From assembly GCA_015680685.1 (NCBI GenBank), contig MNCI01000164.1, positions 23,665 through 87,664 on the forward strand: a stretch of DNA of 64,000 nucleotides. The letters are read 5' to 3'. A program made the translations under genes and the position numbers. Numbering within the stretch: position 1 is the stretch's first letter; each line of letters opens with the position of its first letter. The stretch comes from Gnetum montanum (Eukaryota; Plantae; Gnetophyta). The notes under the pieces were generated by a model. It saw only the letters and a program-made list of their open reading frames with translations. It was not told the DNA's origin and ran no database searches. Positions 39,479 through 52,272 of this stretch are shown here, piece after piece.

Positions 39479-41285
39479 GCTACCCTTGGGCTTGTAGCAC
39501 AAGGAAAAAAATTTTACCAATGAGTTATCAATAATTCAGCTTTTTTAAATAAATGTCAAGCTTTGAAGACTAATGACTATGACTTCTTATTGCTATTTCC
39601 CATCTATAGTCATTAAAGTTATAATTACCTTTACAGTAAAACTATAACAAACAATTTAACAACCTTGTGAATGCATTGGTTGTTACTGATTAATGATTAA
39701 ACTCTATAAGTTGCATTTGCAAATATCCTATGAAGTTTTCGATCAATGATCCTTATGCCACTGGTCAATAAGTGCTTGGTGGAGTGGATACCTATACAAT
39801 CCATGATCTCGGAGATTAACAAAATAGACTTGATATTTGATAGATGATCAGAACCAATGTATGCAATGAGTTATGAAAATGAAAGAAAAAGGTTCTTGCT
39901 CTTCATTTTCCATTTGTCTAGGGGAGTAGTGGTGAGAACCCATAGGCACATGTGGTCTCTCAAGGCTTTCATGTTCAACTCCTTAAAGTTCTTTCACACT
40001 TTTTGCAAACCTAGGTCTTCTCATGCACTTCCAATTTGTGGTACTATCTCAATTATATGAAAATCCATAAGCTGCTGTAGTTTAAATTTAAAACAACATG
40101 GAAAGGCCCAATTCTCTTGTGTAGCATTATGGTTGTTTGTAAGTTGTTTGACATGAATGTTATTTCTCAATTGTTTCATATTACACAATTAAATGCATAC
40201 ACTTTTCACATGCCTTTATTTATGTTGCAAAGATATTTCCCTGAATTTTCAGCAACATGATTAAATTAAAAAAGTATTTGTTAGTTAAAACTTAAAACTG
40301 TGTAAACAATAAATTCTCTACTCAAAGTACAAAGTACAAAGAAGTGGTAGGAACATTGTGGATCCACAAATCTTAGTCACACGAATCTTTCTTGCTTGTC
40401 ATGTCCTTATTACTAAGTTTAGTTAGAGAACATCTCCCCAGCATGCCAAACTGTTCAAGAAGTTCTCTTATTGAATAGCAGTTTGTAATATCATTATGTG
40501 TATTTACTATATAGAACTATAGCGTGGAATTTTTCCTGCATCCTACTAGTTTTGTTGGGTATAAAAGACATAGTATCATCTTTACTTTTCACATGTTTTT
40601 GCTAATCTATAGGGTTGGCATATCTTTTACTATACCTAGTAGTGTGGCCCTGTTATTCCTAGTATTGTTCATCACACCTTGTTTCTTTATTAGTGTACTT
40701 TTTTTAAGCATATTATGGTCTACTTTTAAATATTTAGGACTTAAATTTTCACTTTCCTTTGAAAACATATTACCACTTTTTCTTACTGTAGTTTTGCTAA
40801 CAAATTAGAATATTTTGACCCAAGATAACCAATGATGTATTAAAGGTAGAAATATATTTTGATTCTTGATTTCCTAACAAAATTCTGGTCATAAGTTATG
40901 ATGTAATTTTCAAAAATGCATGCACCAAACTAGAACCTTGCTACCATAAGCAAAACCATTGTTATTGAAGCTACGATCAATCTAAAACCAACCCATGACC
41001 CATGCATTGAATACAATAAACTAAAGAATTATTTTTGTGGTTGCTACACAACCTTTAAAGAAAAGGCCCATAAATGATTATATTTTTCAAGGAAATTGAG
41101 TTTTTAAAATGTTTTTTAAATCTTAAGTTCATCATTTGTATGATGTTTACTTTGAATTTGTGGACTACTATAAAAGCAAGTAGATTAACCATAGCATATT
41201 GTTATATATCCCTTTCAAATTATTGGAAGCAAATTTCCCGATAAATTTACTTTCTTCATCTGATTATAAAGCAGTTCTTTGTTAA

Positions 41286-41460
41286 TGTGCATCTTCAAGT
41301 GTTAGTTTATCATGGATGGGTTCCACGTTGTTGGTGTGATAAATATTTGGATAGTTCATCTAAGAAGACTTTATATCAGTAGATGCTAACTTTGAAAAAT
41401 GCAAAACCAGAAAATAGTTATGTATGGAATTTTTGGTCAAAAAAACTTGCCATTTCAAAG
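41286..41460 (+). pseudogene. SURF1: SURF1 pseudo-exon
   Basis: VLVYHGWVPRCWCDK...*...VWNFWSKK (cf. VLVNRGWVPRSW...WKFWSKK). Acceptor reads AA; GT donor at 41461. Confidence 0.85.
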
Positions 41461-41673
41461 GTTATAATATTTAACAATTTGCTATCGTTAATACTCTTAT
41501 GCATTCATTCTTACATTTAATATCTTATATGAAGATAGCGTCTAGGTATAAAAGCTAAAATGCATTAATTGATAAAGAGCATCTAGCTATATAAATTAAT
41601 TATTGGCTTCTCAAAAACATTCTATAGTGGCCATTTCTTGGTTAATTTAATATTTTTGGTGATATCTTTTTAT

Positions 41674-41920
41674 GAAACTGATTCCACTTTTGAAACTAGA
41701 GAAGTTGTTGGAGTAATATATGGAAGTGAAAATCTCATTATACTTATGTTGGCATAGGTGCCATGGCCCAGGAAGCTAAAGTATGTAAGAATACATTATA
41801 TATTAAAGAAATTGGAATAGAGCATGGTGCAAGAAACCCATATTCTGTTCCAAAAGATGTGAAAGCTTTCATTCAGTACTTTGTCATGCCACTTGATCAT
41901 CTAAATTATGCATTGACTTG
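41674..41920 (+). pseudogene. SURF1: SURF1 pseudo-exon
   Basis: EVVGVIYGSE...[deletion/frameshift]...AMAQ...NPYSVPKDVKAFIQYFVMPLDHLNYALTW, with GT donor at 41921. Confidence 0.9.
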
Positions 41921-42849
41921 GTATACTTTCTTTGGTAAATTCTCTTGTATTCAATTTATATATTCCCCTCTCAATACATTTTTAATGATGCATGAGATAT
42001 GACATGTATGGTTCATTGCATGTTTATGATTTCTTTTCTACTGTAAATTACCTTAAGATATGTATTACATCATCTTAGTCTGAACACCAAGCAGGAAAAT
42101 TTTCGTAATTGAAATTTTAATAAGTCCTAGGTTAATCATGTTACTGCAGGCCAAACTAAGTAAAGAAAAACAGTGGTAGTAATGAGTTATGCATGAAATA
42201 TAAATAATATTGGAAAATAAAATATTATTTTTAATACGATTATATCCATTAAATATAAAATTAAAACTAATATGCTATATCATGGTTTGATGTTTTCCTG
42301 ATATCATTCATTAATTTTGATATTATCCTCTACAATATGTTAGCTTCTATTGTTTGATTTGTTATTGTTTTGTTTATAGGCATCATTCATCCTCATTATC
42401 CTCATGTACTTATGAGTTCCCTTTTTTCATTATTGTCAAACCAAGGCCATGCTTTGTGAAAAGTGGAGTTGTCAATCTGAGTTAAAAGTTTAAGAATATG
42501 TTAACTACTTGTTAATCTTTATTTTCATCTATCCCCCCATTAATTTCCCCCACTTTGTATAGTGTTGATATCTCTAAGGCATCAGTATAATGGTTCCTCC
42601 ATCATAGCGTAAACTCACAGTTGATTGGACAATGAATGAGTGGAATTACAATGTAATCAATTTAGATTTGCTAATTTTGAAATCATATTGATGTATATAG
42701 TCATGATTATTGTTTGTTTGTTTTTCTAAACAAATGTACATCCCCACATCTATAGGGTTTGGGTCACCAAAAAGATAATTCCATTTGTAGAAGAATAAAC
42801 AGAACAACATATAAACTACCATCCACATTCCTCTTGTACAAATATAACT

Positions 42850-44080
42850 ACATAGGATTGTTCTTGCTATAATTCATTGGAAATGTTGCAGCATTCCTCC
42901 AAAGAGCCAAAGTAGCAAGGCCACTGATGTTGAGCTCTATGATCTTAGTTGAAAAAATCTAAACTTTCGTTCCTACCATACCACAAACCAAATAAACTGT
43001 GGGAGTGTTCTCCACACCTTCTTTACTCTCTTGTATAATAATGTTGTTGCCAAGCCAATAAAAAAATCATTAATAGAATTAGCTGCAGGTGGTGACCTAC
43101 GAGCACTATCTAAACTCATTCCAAATTTCTTGAATAAATTGACAATTTATAAAGGATGAATAGCACTTTATGTTATTGAAGAACACAAGACTCAACTTAG
43201 ATCCTCCATAATGTTTATTTGTGCAAGATATTGACTAGTTGGTAATGTTTGAGGAAGTATCTTACTAGTGGAGAGATGAATGCAAGAAGTGAAAATGGGA
43301 TTATTGATGTTCACTAGATCTTGCTATGTTTTCATGGGGTGTAAAGTGGTATAAGCATTATTTGTGGAGTATTTTGATTTACCACATCAGTTCAATTGCT
43401 AATTGTGCAAAGAAACATGTTGAGGAAATCAATATCTTATATATTGGTGCCCTTTCCAAATTGGGGAATGAATAGTAATATTAGGAGCATTAACAATGTG
43501 AAAACTACCATACAAGTACTTTGTTTTTATCACCCAATTCTACTATCTATTTGAGATAAAAAGTTGCCAAGAAATCTTCCTGAACAAACCATAATTAATG
43601 CCTTGTATATGCCTAACATTCCATCCTTTACAAGACCATAGTTTGTATATTATATTCCAATTTAAACCATGAAGTGCTTTCTTTAAATGGTTAGACCACA
43701 AATAAGTTCTTTAATTTTTCCCTATTTTAGAGGTTATTCTTTTAAGACAATAGCAATAAAGGTAATAAAAAGGCAAAGTTTGAAGAGATCTCACCAATCA
43801 TAGTTTACCAACATGCGATAACAATTTAGCCATACACCTAGTAACCCTATTATAAATCCTCTGAAAAAGTGGGTACTTACAAAGATAGGAAGCCCCAAAT
43901 AGAGAGCAAGTAATGAGTCTACTTAACATCCCAATAAATTCTACAAAATTTTTTGATGAACTCCAAAATTGAACACACAACTTGAATTTAAATTGATTCT
44001 TAAACTAGAGGGATTTGAAAATTTCAGTAGTGTTGTATGTAAGTTTGTGATATTGATTATTGTTTGTTGCATCTTCCATA
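42850..44080 (-). mobile_element. AT-rich degenerate L1 fragment (post-RT region)
   Basis: LFGASY...LFQRIYNRVTRCMAKLLSHVGKL resembles the L1 YLG.PL...W..KLLS.AGKL region. Confidence 0.6.
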
Positions 44081-44256
44081 TGACAAGTTCAATTCTAGTG
44101 GCTTATATTATGACCCTATGGATCCTTAGGGTCTACACATAGACTTTATAAAACAACTAAGCTTTAGTTTCTATTGAATTGGTCTTGTTTTAACTCCACA
44201 AATTGTGGAACAACTAAAATAATTGAAAAGAAAACCACCAATTGTATAATGCAAAT

Positions 44257-44701
44257 ATAAGTCTGAGGCAGTGAGATGGTGGATGGAGGAGGGGTTTTCT
44301 CATTCTAGGAGGCTATGAATTTTGTGGTGACTAGGCAGCAACATGATATCCTCGACCGGGTGCTTGCTAGAGTGCTTTCCACCTATTGTTGTGCTAGCCT
44401 ACCCCACCATGCTTGAGGCGTTTTGGGTTTGGGTGGTGTACTGTTTGTTGGATGGGCTCTGATGCTCTCTTGGTTGGTGTTGTTGTTAGGTTTTGTGTAG
44501 TTTCTTTGGGTTGGGGTGCTTGGGTGTGTGGGCTTCTTGGTTTGGGTAATCCATCTATCACTTTTTTGGGTTACTGAGGTATTGGGTTTTGGTGGGTTGG
44601 GGTTCTTTACCCCTTGGGGAGCTACCTCCTTTAGTTTTTTTGGTTTAAGGTCTTAGTTGTACATACATTTTTCTTTAATACAATTTTACCCAACCTTTTA
44701 G
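44257..44701 (+). mobile_element. Short 5'-truncated copy D of the J-domain LINE family
   Basis: F*EAMNFVVTRQQHDILD (44303-44356) aligns without gaps to FQEAMAFVETENYWAVLD of copy B. GT-rich 3' UTR. TSD AATGCAAAT at 44248-44256 and 44702-44710. Confidence 0.75.
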
Positions 44702-45816
44702 AATGCAAATTACAAATCCAATCAATAAGATTTGGCTTGTTGTAAAGACTTGTGACTTGTATTGTACTGATTGTAGGGTTAATCCGTATTGGTTATATTG
44801 AGATATGCAAGAACTATTTAACACTAGGCGCTAAAATTGAAATTTGTCTAGTAAATTCATAGCGGCTCATGGTTTCCATGTGGGCATAGTAAAATACTTC
44901 ACTTTAAGGTTTAGATTCTCTTGATGTAATTTTTAAACTTTTACATCATATTTAGGCCCAATGCTTGTCCCACCAAGTGGGGTCGTAGGATAGTGGGTAG
45001 ATGAGTGGAAGTTTAACCTCTTCTAAAGTGGCTATGGCTTGGCTCACACCTAGTTGTTACTACCTAATAGAAGAACACCTCAATGTGAATTTTTAGTAAA
45101 GTTAATTATGTCTTGTTTGGACTGATCTAAGTGCATGATGTCTTTGTTTTAAGTGGGTGTTGTTGGAACTGAAAGGAGGCTATATATGCCGAGGATATGC
45201 AGCCACCATAATATTTTGGTAGAACTTACCATATACCCTCAAGACATTCAACCAGCATTGTAGTACGTTGGTAGAAATTACCAAATGTTAAACATCAACT
45301 TGTTACCTCTAAAGCACAGGAGGTCTTTATTTGAAGTCACCCTTACATTATTTAACTCTTAATCATTACTAGAAATATGTGATTGTGAGTCATGATTTCG
45401 TTCTTAAACTGTAAGGTACTCATATTCTATATTCAAATTGGAATGACTTGTAATTTGTTAATTCATTTATAATATAGATAGATAGTTGTTTACATTCCAT
45501 TGAGTATATTGCTTTCATATTTATAGCATAAGATTTCAAATCTACTCTCATACAAAGCACAGGTGAATAATAGATTGTCAGGAAGAAGTAATTTTTGTAT
45601 AATTATAATTTTCCATTAGGGGAATACCAAAACAATAGGTAGTTTGCAGAAACAAGGTGTTTAAAGTGCTCTAAGCTTTTTTAATATGCATCTCTTGCAT
45701 TATTTATTTCTTTTGAAAATCGATTCAAAAGCACTTATTGCCTATGAACCTAGCTTGATATATCTAAAAATCATTTACCCTCTTGTCTAAAATCTAACTG
45801 TGTGGTTTTATAACAA

Positions 45817-45871
45817 GCATTCCCTCTCTGCTGCAATAACATTTATGGCATCAAAGAGATTGAAGAAATAG
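45817..45871 (+). pseudogene. SURF1: SURF1 last pseudo-exon
   Basis: (W)HSLSAAITFMASKRLKK* (cf. WYSLSAAVTFMA.KRL). Acceptor reads CAA instead of CAG. Confidence 0.85.
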
Positions 45872-46207
45872 TCATTACTATCAATTTCTTCTCTATTTTA
45901 AGGACTGTATGCTCACTGAATTACAGTTACTATCAGTTGCAATGTTGCAGGCAAATGAGGCTTGATGCATTTTCTCGATGTTATAGTAAATTGAAAAGAG
46001 TTGGTTCCTTGGGTTGCAGAGATCTGCATGCTGATAATTGCTGGTGAGGAACCAGATTTTTGTCTTTTCTTTCATTAAGATGGTGTGTATTTTCCAAGTT
46101 TTAATTCCATTTTTGATATTTAGTTTATAAAGCCAAGTGAAAATGATGATACAACATCTAGGTAGATGTAATAGTACAAATGAACTCTTTATTAACAAGG
46201 AAATTAA

Positions 46208-49200
46208 GGTCTTTGCTCTGCTAGGTGAGAGGGGTTAGGATGGGTGGGAATAGGAATGTTGCAAATGGTACGAGGGGTGTAGTACGGGAGACTTCACTGA
46301 ACGAGGCATAGGGGACTGGCCCAGAGGGGTGTGCAATGGGGGGATTAGGTTTTGTGTATGGGGATGTTGAGAAGTGTTCCCATTTGGATAGCATAATGTG
46401 ATTATGCGTTACTAGCCCTTCGATGGAGGGGGTGTGGACTATGGAACGTAGCCTGATAGGGCGTTTCGTGTCCTTTGGAGCCCAACCTAAGATGGACCTT
46501 GTCCAAAGATGGATGAAGGACGTTTGAGGGATGGGAGTGGTGGAAGTGCAGAGTCTGTTGGATGACCTACAGCTGTTCATTTTCAAGAAGGTGGAGGAGC
46601 AAGATACAGTCCTCCAGGGTGGGCTGTGGTTTTACAGTGCCAAAGCGCTAGTGCTTATGCACTAGTGGCCAGGGGTGCATTGAGAGGTAGACTTGTTCTC
46701 ATGTGTGCCAAATTTGGGTGCGCACCTTTGGGATCCCATGGGAGATGTGGAGCTTGGACTTTCTTAGGCATATTGCGGGGTTTTTTGGGGATTTTATCAC
46801 CTTCGACATGGTGACGCAAGCGATGGAGTAGATGGTCTTTGCCCGATTCTACATGTGGTGGGCCTTATCCCCAAAGGACTTGGTCAAGGAGATTATGCTT
46901 GAGCTCCCTAGAGGCAAGGAATAGCTTCAATTGAAATTTGAAAATCTAGAGACCAAGCAATTGGTGGAGAAAGTGTCATTGGCTTGGGGGTGTTCCCTTT
47001 GCAGGAAAAACGGCCACCATGAGATTAACTGTAGGTTTCGGGGTGTGGGGGCATGATAGGCTAAAGATGTGGTGCGTGGGGTAGGGATGGGGCTACGGGG
47101 CAAGGCCTAGGTGGTTGTGAGGCGAAGGGGATAGGTACAGGTGTCACTCTTTGCCCCTCGTGGCCCCCTGCCATGGCTAGAGGGGGCATGTAGCCCACCT
47201 CCTGCTACCCTGCCCTCAGTCATGTTGACTGTGCCAAGGATTGAGCTTCCTCTGCTAGGTGATTGGGTTAATGTTGTTATGGGGAGTTCTAAGAGGTCCA
47301 AGGAGGCCTGTCCATCATTAGAATATTTCAATAGCTTTCTGGTGTCATTGGTAGGGGGTCGGCCAAGTCACCCTTCCAAGCTTTTGTCGCAAGATAAGCA
47401 GACGAAGAGGAGTATTGATTTGGGTTTACAAAAAACCTTGTGGGAGGTCTACTAGTGATGCTCTATTGGTCATGCATGAAGCTCCTTTTGTGGAACTATA
47501 GGGGATAGGGTATGCCCTATAAAAGATATATCCTACAACAAATTATGTGAAATGAGAACTACAATATTGTTTGCTTGTAGGAAACCAAACTGTAGACATC
47601 AGAGGCCTTCCACCTACAATGGGATGGGTGGGGCATGCAGGGGGCTTGGGCATCCTAGCATGCCTTAAGATTCTGTTAATTGATTCATCGCCATGGGGTT
47701 TTACCGTTCACATTCCCTCCCTAGGCCTTTGGTTGATGAACTTCTATGGGACCTACGCTTGGAAGCTACGTTTGTTGGAGTTGGAAAGGTTGGTGGCATT
47801 GGTCTTGGATCAAGGGGCATGGCTAATTGTTGGGGATTTCAACTAGTGGCTACACTCTTGGGAAAATTTGGGCACAAGCTATGCATGCCCCTCAGGGGCC
47901 CAACAGTTTCAACACTTCTTGATGCCACGCTTGTTGGCTAACTTGGAGATTGAAAATTGTTAATTTATGTGGAGCAATAGGCATAGGGGAGCTGATCGGG
48001 TCTTGTCTAGAATCGATTAGGTTTGGATTAGCTCAGAGTTGGTTCTATAGTTGGACGTGCAGGTCACAAGGTAGGAGTGGGTCACCTTGGATCATTAGTT
48101 GCTCATTTGTTGCCTTGGGCCCCCACAGAGATGGGTTCCTTGATTATTTTATTTTGAAGCATCCTGGTTGCTCAAGCCATGGTTGTGTCCCTTGGTCAAA
48201 GACATCTAGGTAGATTACTGATTGGGCCAAGGAGACCCTAGGAATTTTCTTCTAGAGGGCCTCCTACACCTGAAGTGGGCTATTAGGTCCATGGTGATGC
48301 AAGATAAATTTTTGTTCCGTGTGGGCTGTATAGACCTCAAGTCCAGGTTGGCCCAAATTCAGAGTTGGCAAGAGTTTGGAGAGGATCTGTAGGATGAGGA
48401 AATGAAAATTTTGATGTAGTTGCAAGCACTTGACTTGGAGGAGGAAACATATTGGAAACAACGATTGCGAGTCAAGTGGTTCAGGGAGGGTGATAGACAA
48501 ATGAAATGCTTTTTTGCTATGGCCAAATCTTGTAGGTTGGACCAGTGGTAGGTGATGTTGAAAGACAATGCGTTTCTGGTGGATGATCCAGAAGATGTCG
48601 CTTGTGAGTTGGTGGTGTATTAGGGGGGTGGTTTGGGCAAAGTGGCCCTTGCCGTTTTTGATGTGGGTCTCATGGGTGTTGGAGGAAGGAGACAATTTTT
48701 GGTTACTTGGTTTGTTTACTTGGTAGGAGTTGAAGGAGACTATTTTCTCTATGTTGGAAGGTAAGGCGCCTAGGCTTGATGGCTAGAGCATCAAGTTCTT
48801 TAAGAAATTTTTCAATATTGTGGGGCCCAATGTGCTTGATGCTTTCAACGTAATGCTAGCCAGATGATAGGTTTATCGTGAGATCAACTACTCAAGGAGT
48901 GTTTGTATCCCAAAGTGGGCTGATGCCTCATTTCCAACTCATTTTCAACCCATTGGGGTTTGCAACATGTTGGTCTAAATTTTCTCCAATATGCTTGTTT
49001 GGAGGTTGGTCCCCATCATGCCAAAACTTGTCAGAGATCATCAGATGGTGTTTGTTCAAGGACAGGTCTTGTAGGACTAGGTGTTCCTCATGTAGACTCT
49101 TTGCGTCTTTTGAAATTCCCTAGATTGTGTTTCAAATTGGACATCATGAAGGCCTACAACATAGTTAGTTGGGAGGCACTCGCCACCATCATGGTGCAGA

Positions 49201-52200
49201 AAGGGTTTGACTTGGAATTCGTATGATTATGTGTCCACCTGCAGGCATTAGCTGCATTTTCCTTTGACATGGGTGATCATCTTTGGGATATCTTGTCCCT
49301 TGGAAGGGGTCTACGGCAAGGGGACCCTCTTTCGCAATTGCTTTTTATCATTTCCATGGACTTACTGAAGTACTATTGCAAGGCAGCAGGGGTGGGGGGG
49401 CACTGATGGTTGCAAGCGTTGAGTGTCTTGTCAAACGTTATGTTGATGACACAATGCTTCTCAGTTGGGCTAGGCTCCCATAGGTGTAATGTATTAATTG
49501 GGTGCTTGCATTAATGGCGACAGAGCTTGGCTTTGTGGTGAATTGGAAGAAGTCATCTACACACTTCCTCCATGTGGATGCGCGGGTTAAGTGTTGGGTC
49601 ACGCAGGTGCTAGGGTTCCCTCCTAGGATGGCTCAAGACTCCTATCTTGGTATCCCACTCTTTGCTTGGGGTCACTGTGCAACTTGGGGTGGGGGGGGGG
49701 GTTTGAAAAAAATTGAGTGGGGGGGAACATTGGGCTCATTGATTTGTCACTTGGAAAGGGTAGTTGGTGCTGGCATTTGGGGTGCTCAAAGCTATGGTGT
49801 GCTTTGTGGCTACTATTGCAACCCCCCCATAGGCCATAATCCAAGTCATTAATCATCTCATTTGAAATTTTGTGTGGTTGGGTGGTAGAGGAGGGAGCAA
49901 ATTACACCTAGTTGGGTGGGACCATATAGTGTGTCCTTGGGAAGCGAGGGGTCTAGACATTTCCTGATTCAAGGATGAGCTAACAATTAGATAGCAATGG
50001 TTGCTATTACAGTTCAACCACTAGGATGCGGGGACGGCACAATGGGTTTGCATCATGAGAGAAAAATATGCTAGGTGACAGATTTAGGTGTGTGACTTGA
50101 GACCTTGGTAGATAGTTTGTGCTCATGCACAATGCATGCAGGTGCAGGGGTGGATGGAGTTGACACTAGGCCAACTCATTAAATTAATGTACCTGTTGGT
50201 ACACGGTTGGAGGTAGATTTGGTAGGGGAGATTGCTAGAAAAAATAAAGGTTTTTCTTTGGCTCCTCAAGAGAAATGCCTTGCTAGTTTGGGCAACTTTA
50301 ATGTTGCACAACCTTAATATTGACACCACCTACCCTCTCTGTGACAATGGGCCTGGGATCGTGCTGCACTTTGCTTTCCAATACCCTTACATGCAGGACA
50401 TGTGGTGCATGACAGGATGGCTCACCTCTTCGTTGCTCTTGAAAGACTCCAAGCCCACATTGCTTTTATGGGAGGTATGGAAAATCTGAAATCACAAAAT
50501 CTTATGACAACAATGTGTGTCCATCCCTGTGTAGGTGGTTTCCCAAACCGAAAAAGTGTGGGTAGAAATTGTGATCGTAATGGGGGTCACGTCGACCTAC
50601 GAACTAGACTACATGGTCTTCTACACACACATTGAGCTCTAGGGGTAGGTCGTGTGGTGTGGATGGGATACTCTCCTCCCATGGTTGCATGGTGACCTTG
50701 CCCTTCTTGATGATGCCTTTTGATGACGCCTTCTTCACAAATTGGCTGGATGACTAGATGAAATTTTGGTGCATGGAAATCACGCTGACAGAGATGGTGA
50801 TCACTAAGTATTTGGGGGCCTAGGTAGATGGTGAAATTATTCTTCCCATGGCCTAAGGGTTACAAGATGCTGACCTATTATTTGATGGGCTAGTGACACA
50901 CATGCAAAGTTAGCAGGTGCCCAAGTCTGCTTTGCTGCCAGTTTGGGGTCAAGTTGTTGAGCTAGTCGACTGTTTCTTTGTCCAGTCTGGCAATTGGTCC
51001 AAGCTTCAGGGTACACACTTTGCATTCTTGAAATGCTTGAAATTTGGGCTCAAATTCAACTTGCCCCACTTTTTCTTTGTTGCCTTGCGATAGTGGAAGA
51101 GGGGTCCCCATTCTAGGCTTATTTTAGCCCTTTGGTAGGGCACGACAGAGGTGCTGCTGGTGGCAGGTTCTCTTGGCTCTTCCCAGTCGAGGATTGTTTC
51201 AATGCCTGCGATGGTTTACACATGAAAGCGGGCGAGCTGGCGAGGGTTGGCCACCTTGGGCCCAATGGCCATGACAAATGCGTTTCCGCTTATAGAGTCT
51301 AGTTGGGATGTGCTGCTCATCGCGGAGCTCGACTAAGTTGTGGAGGCGACGGCAGTGGTGGCTCAGGTCGAGGAGTGGCGGGCTTGGCGACCCGATGGGA
51401 GGAAACCCTCTAGCAGGCATAGGCTAACTTGGAGGCCTACTTTCGTGAGTAGGAGCAGGAGTTGCCTAGGCAATAGGCCTTGCTCAAGGAGGGATCCCAT
51501 GCCTGGTTGGTGGATGAGCTCTGCGTCTAGGTTTGGGAGGAGCTGCAACAGGAGGAAATTACATGTGGGGAAAGGGAATAGGAAGAGGAGAGATAGAGAC
51601 AATGGCAGCTAGATAGGGTGCACGAATAGAGCATGCAGTAGTGGTTTTGTGAGGGGAGATGCCCATATGTCATGTTGGGCATAAATTGCGAGTGCTCTTG
51701 GGTGGGTTTCAGGTGGCACATCCACCATACCTTTGTGTGTTCCCATCTAGACAATGGGGGATCAATTGGGGAGCGAGGTCATCATGAGGCCGCCTTGCAG
51801 GAGTTCTAGCAGGCGGCTAGTTTTATGGGTTTTGAGCTGCATCATAATACTTTGGATATCCTCCACACTCTCAAGTGGCCACAATGTGAATTCCATGCTC
51901 TTCCCAGGCACTTGTAGCGGCTCTAGGGCTACCCGAGGCCCTATCTGTGGTTTGGTTTTTGCCTTGTGGGTGGAGGTGTGTGTTGGTTAGTGTTCCTCTT
52001 GGCTAGATTGGCCTCTATTTTTTTTGCGTGGTGTGTGTTTGGTGCATTTGGGTGTGGGGGTTTGGGGGTTGGTGTCGTCCTTCAATGAACTCTATTTGTG
52101 GGGGCCTGTCTGGGTTGGGCCTGGTGGCGGCTGGACTAAGGTCGGGGGTGTCTATTTCCCCCCGCCTTGTAGATTGGTCCGTTTGGCCATTTGCAGGTGG

Positions 52201-52272
52201 CTTTGAATTGTACTTTTTATTTTTATTTTCTTTTTTCAGTAATTTAATCCTGAACATTCTCTCTCTCAAAAA
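46208..52272 (+). mobile_element. L1-clade LINE copy C, near full length, with extended ORF2
   Basis: ORF1 ~46240-47479 has CSLCRKNGHHEINC. ORF2 from 47476 includes WLIVGDFN, KLDIMKAYNIVSW, GLRQGDPLS, YVDD and zf-RVT. (CT)n-poly(A) end. Degenerate 14-bp TSD AACAAGGAAATTAA/AATAAGGAAACTGA. Confidence 0.92.
51660..51857 (+). pseudogene. J-domain-like segment at the end of LINE C ORF2
   Basis: CPYVMLGINCECSWVGFRWHIHHTFVCSHLDNGGSIGERGHHEAALQEF*QAASFMGFELHHNTLD. Confidence 0.72.

Larger units (their letters stand above)
27088..45871 (+). pseudogene. SURF1: SURF1 (surfeit locus protein 1, cytochrome c oxidase assembly factor) unprocessed pseudogene
   Basis: Four collinear exons carry plant SURF1 motifs: 27088-27193, 41286-41460, ~41674-41920 and 45817-45871. 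Lesions include a frameshift, stops, a deletion and mutated acceptors. Confidence 0.9.

Noticed and set aside
39720-39850. Possible missing SURF1 exon (EVFDQ*S..., P*SR)
   Set aside because: The similarity is too weak and motif spacing does not fit, so it was not called.
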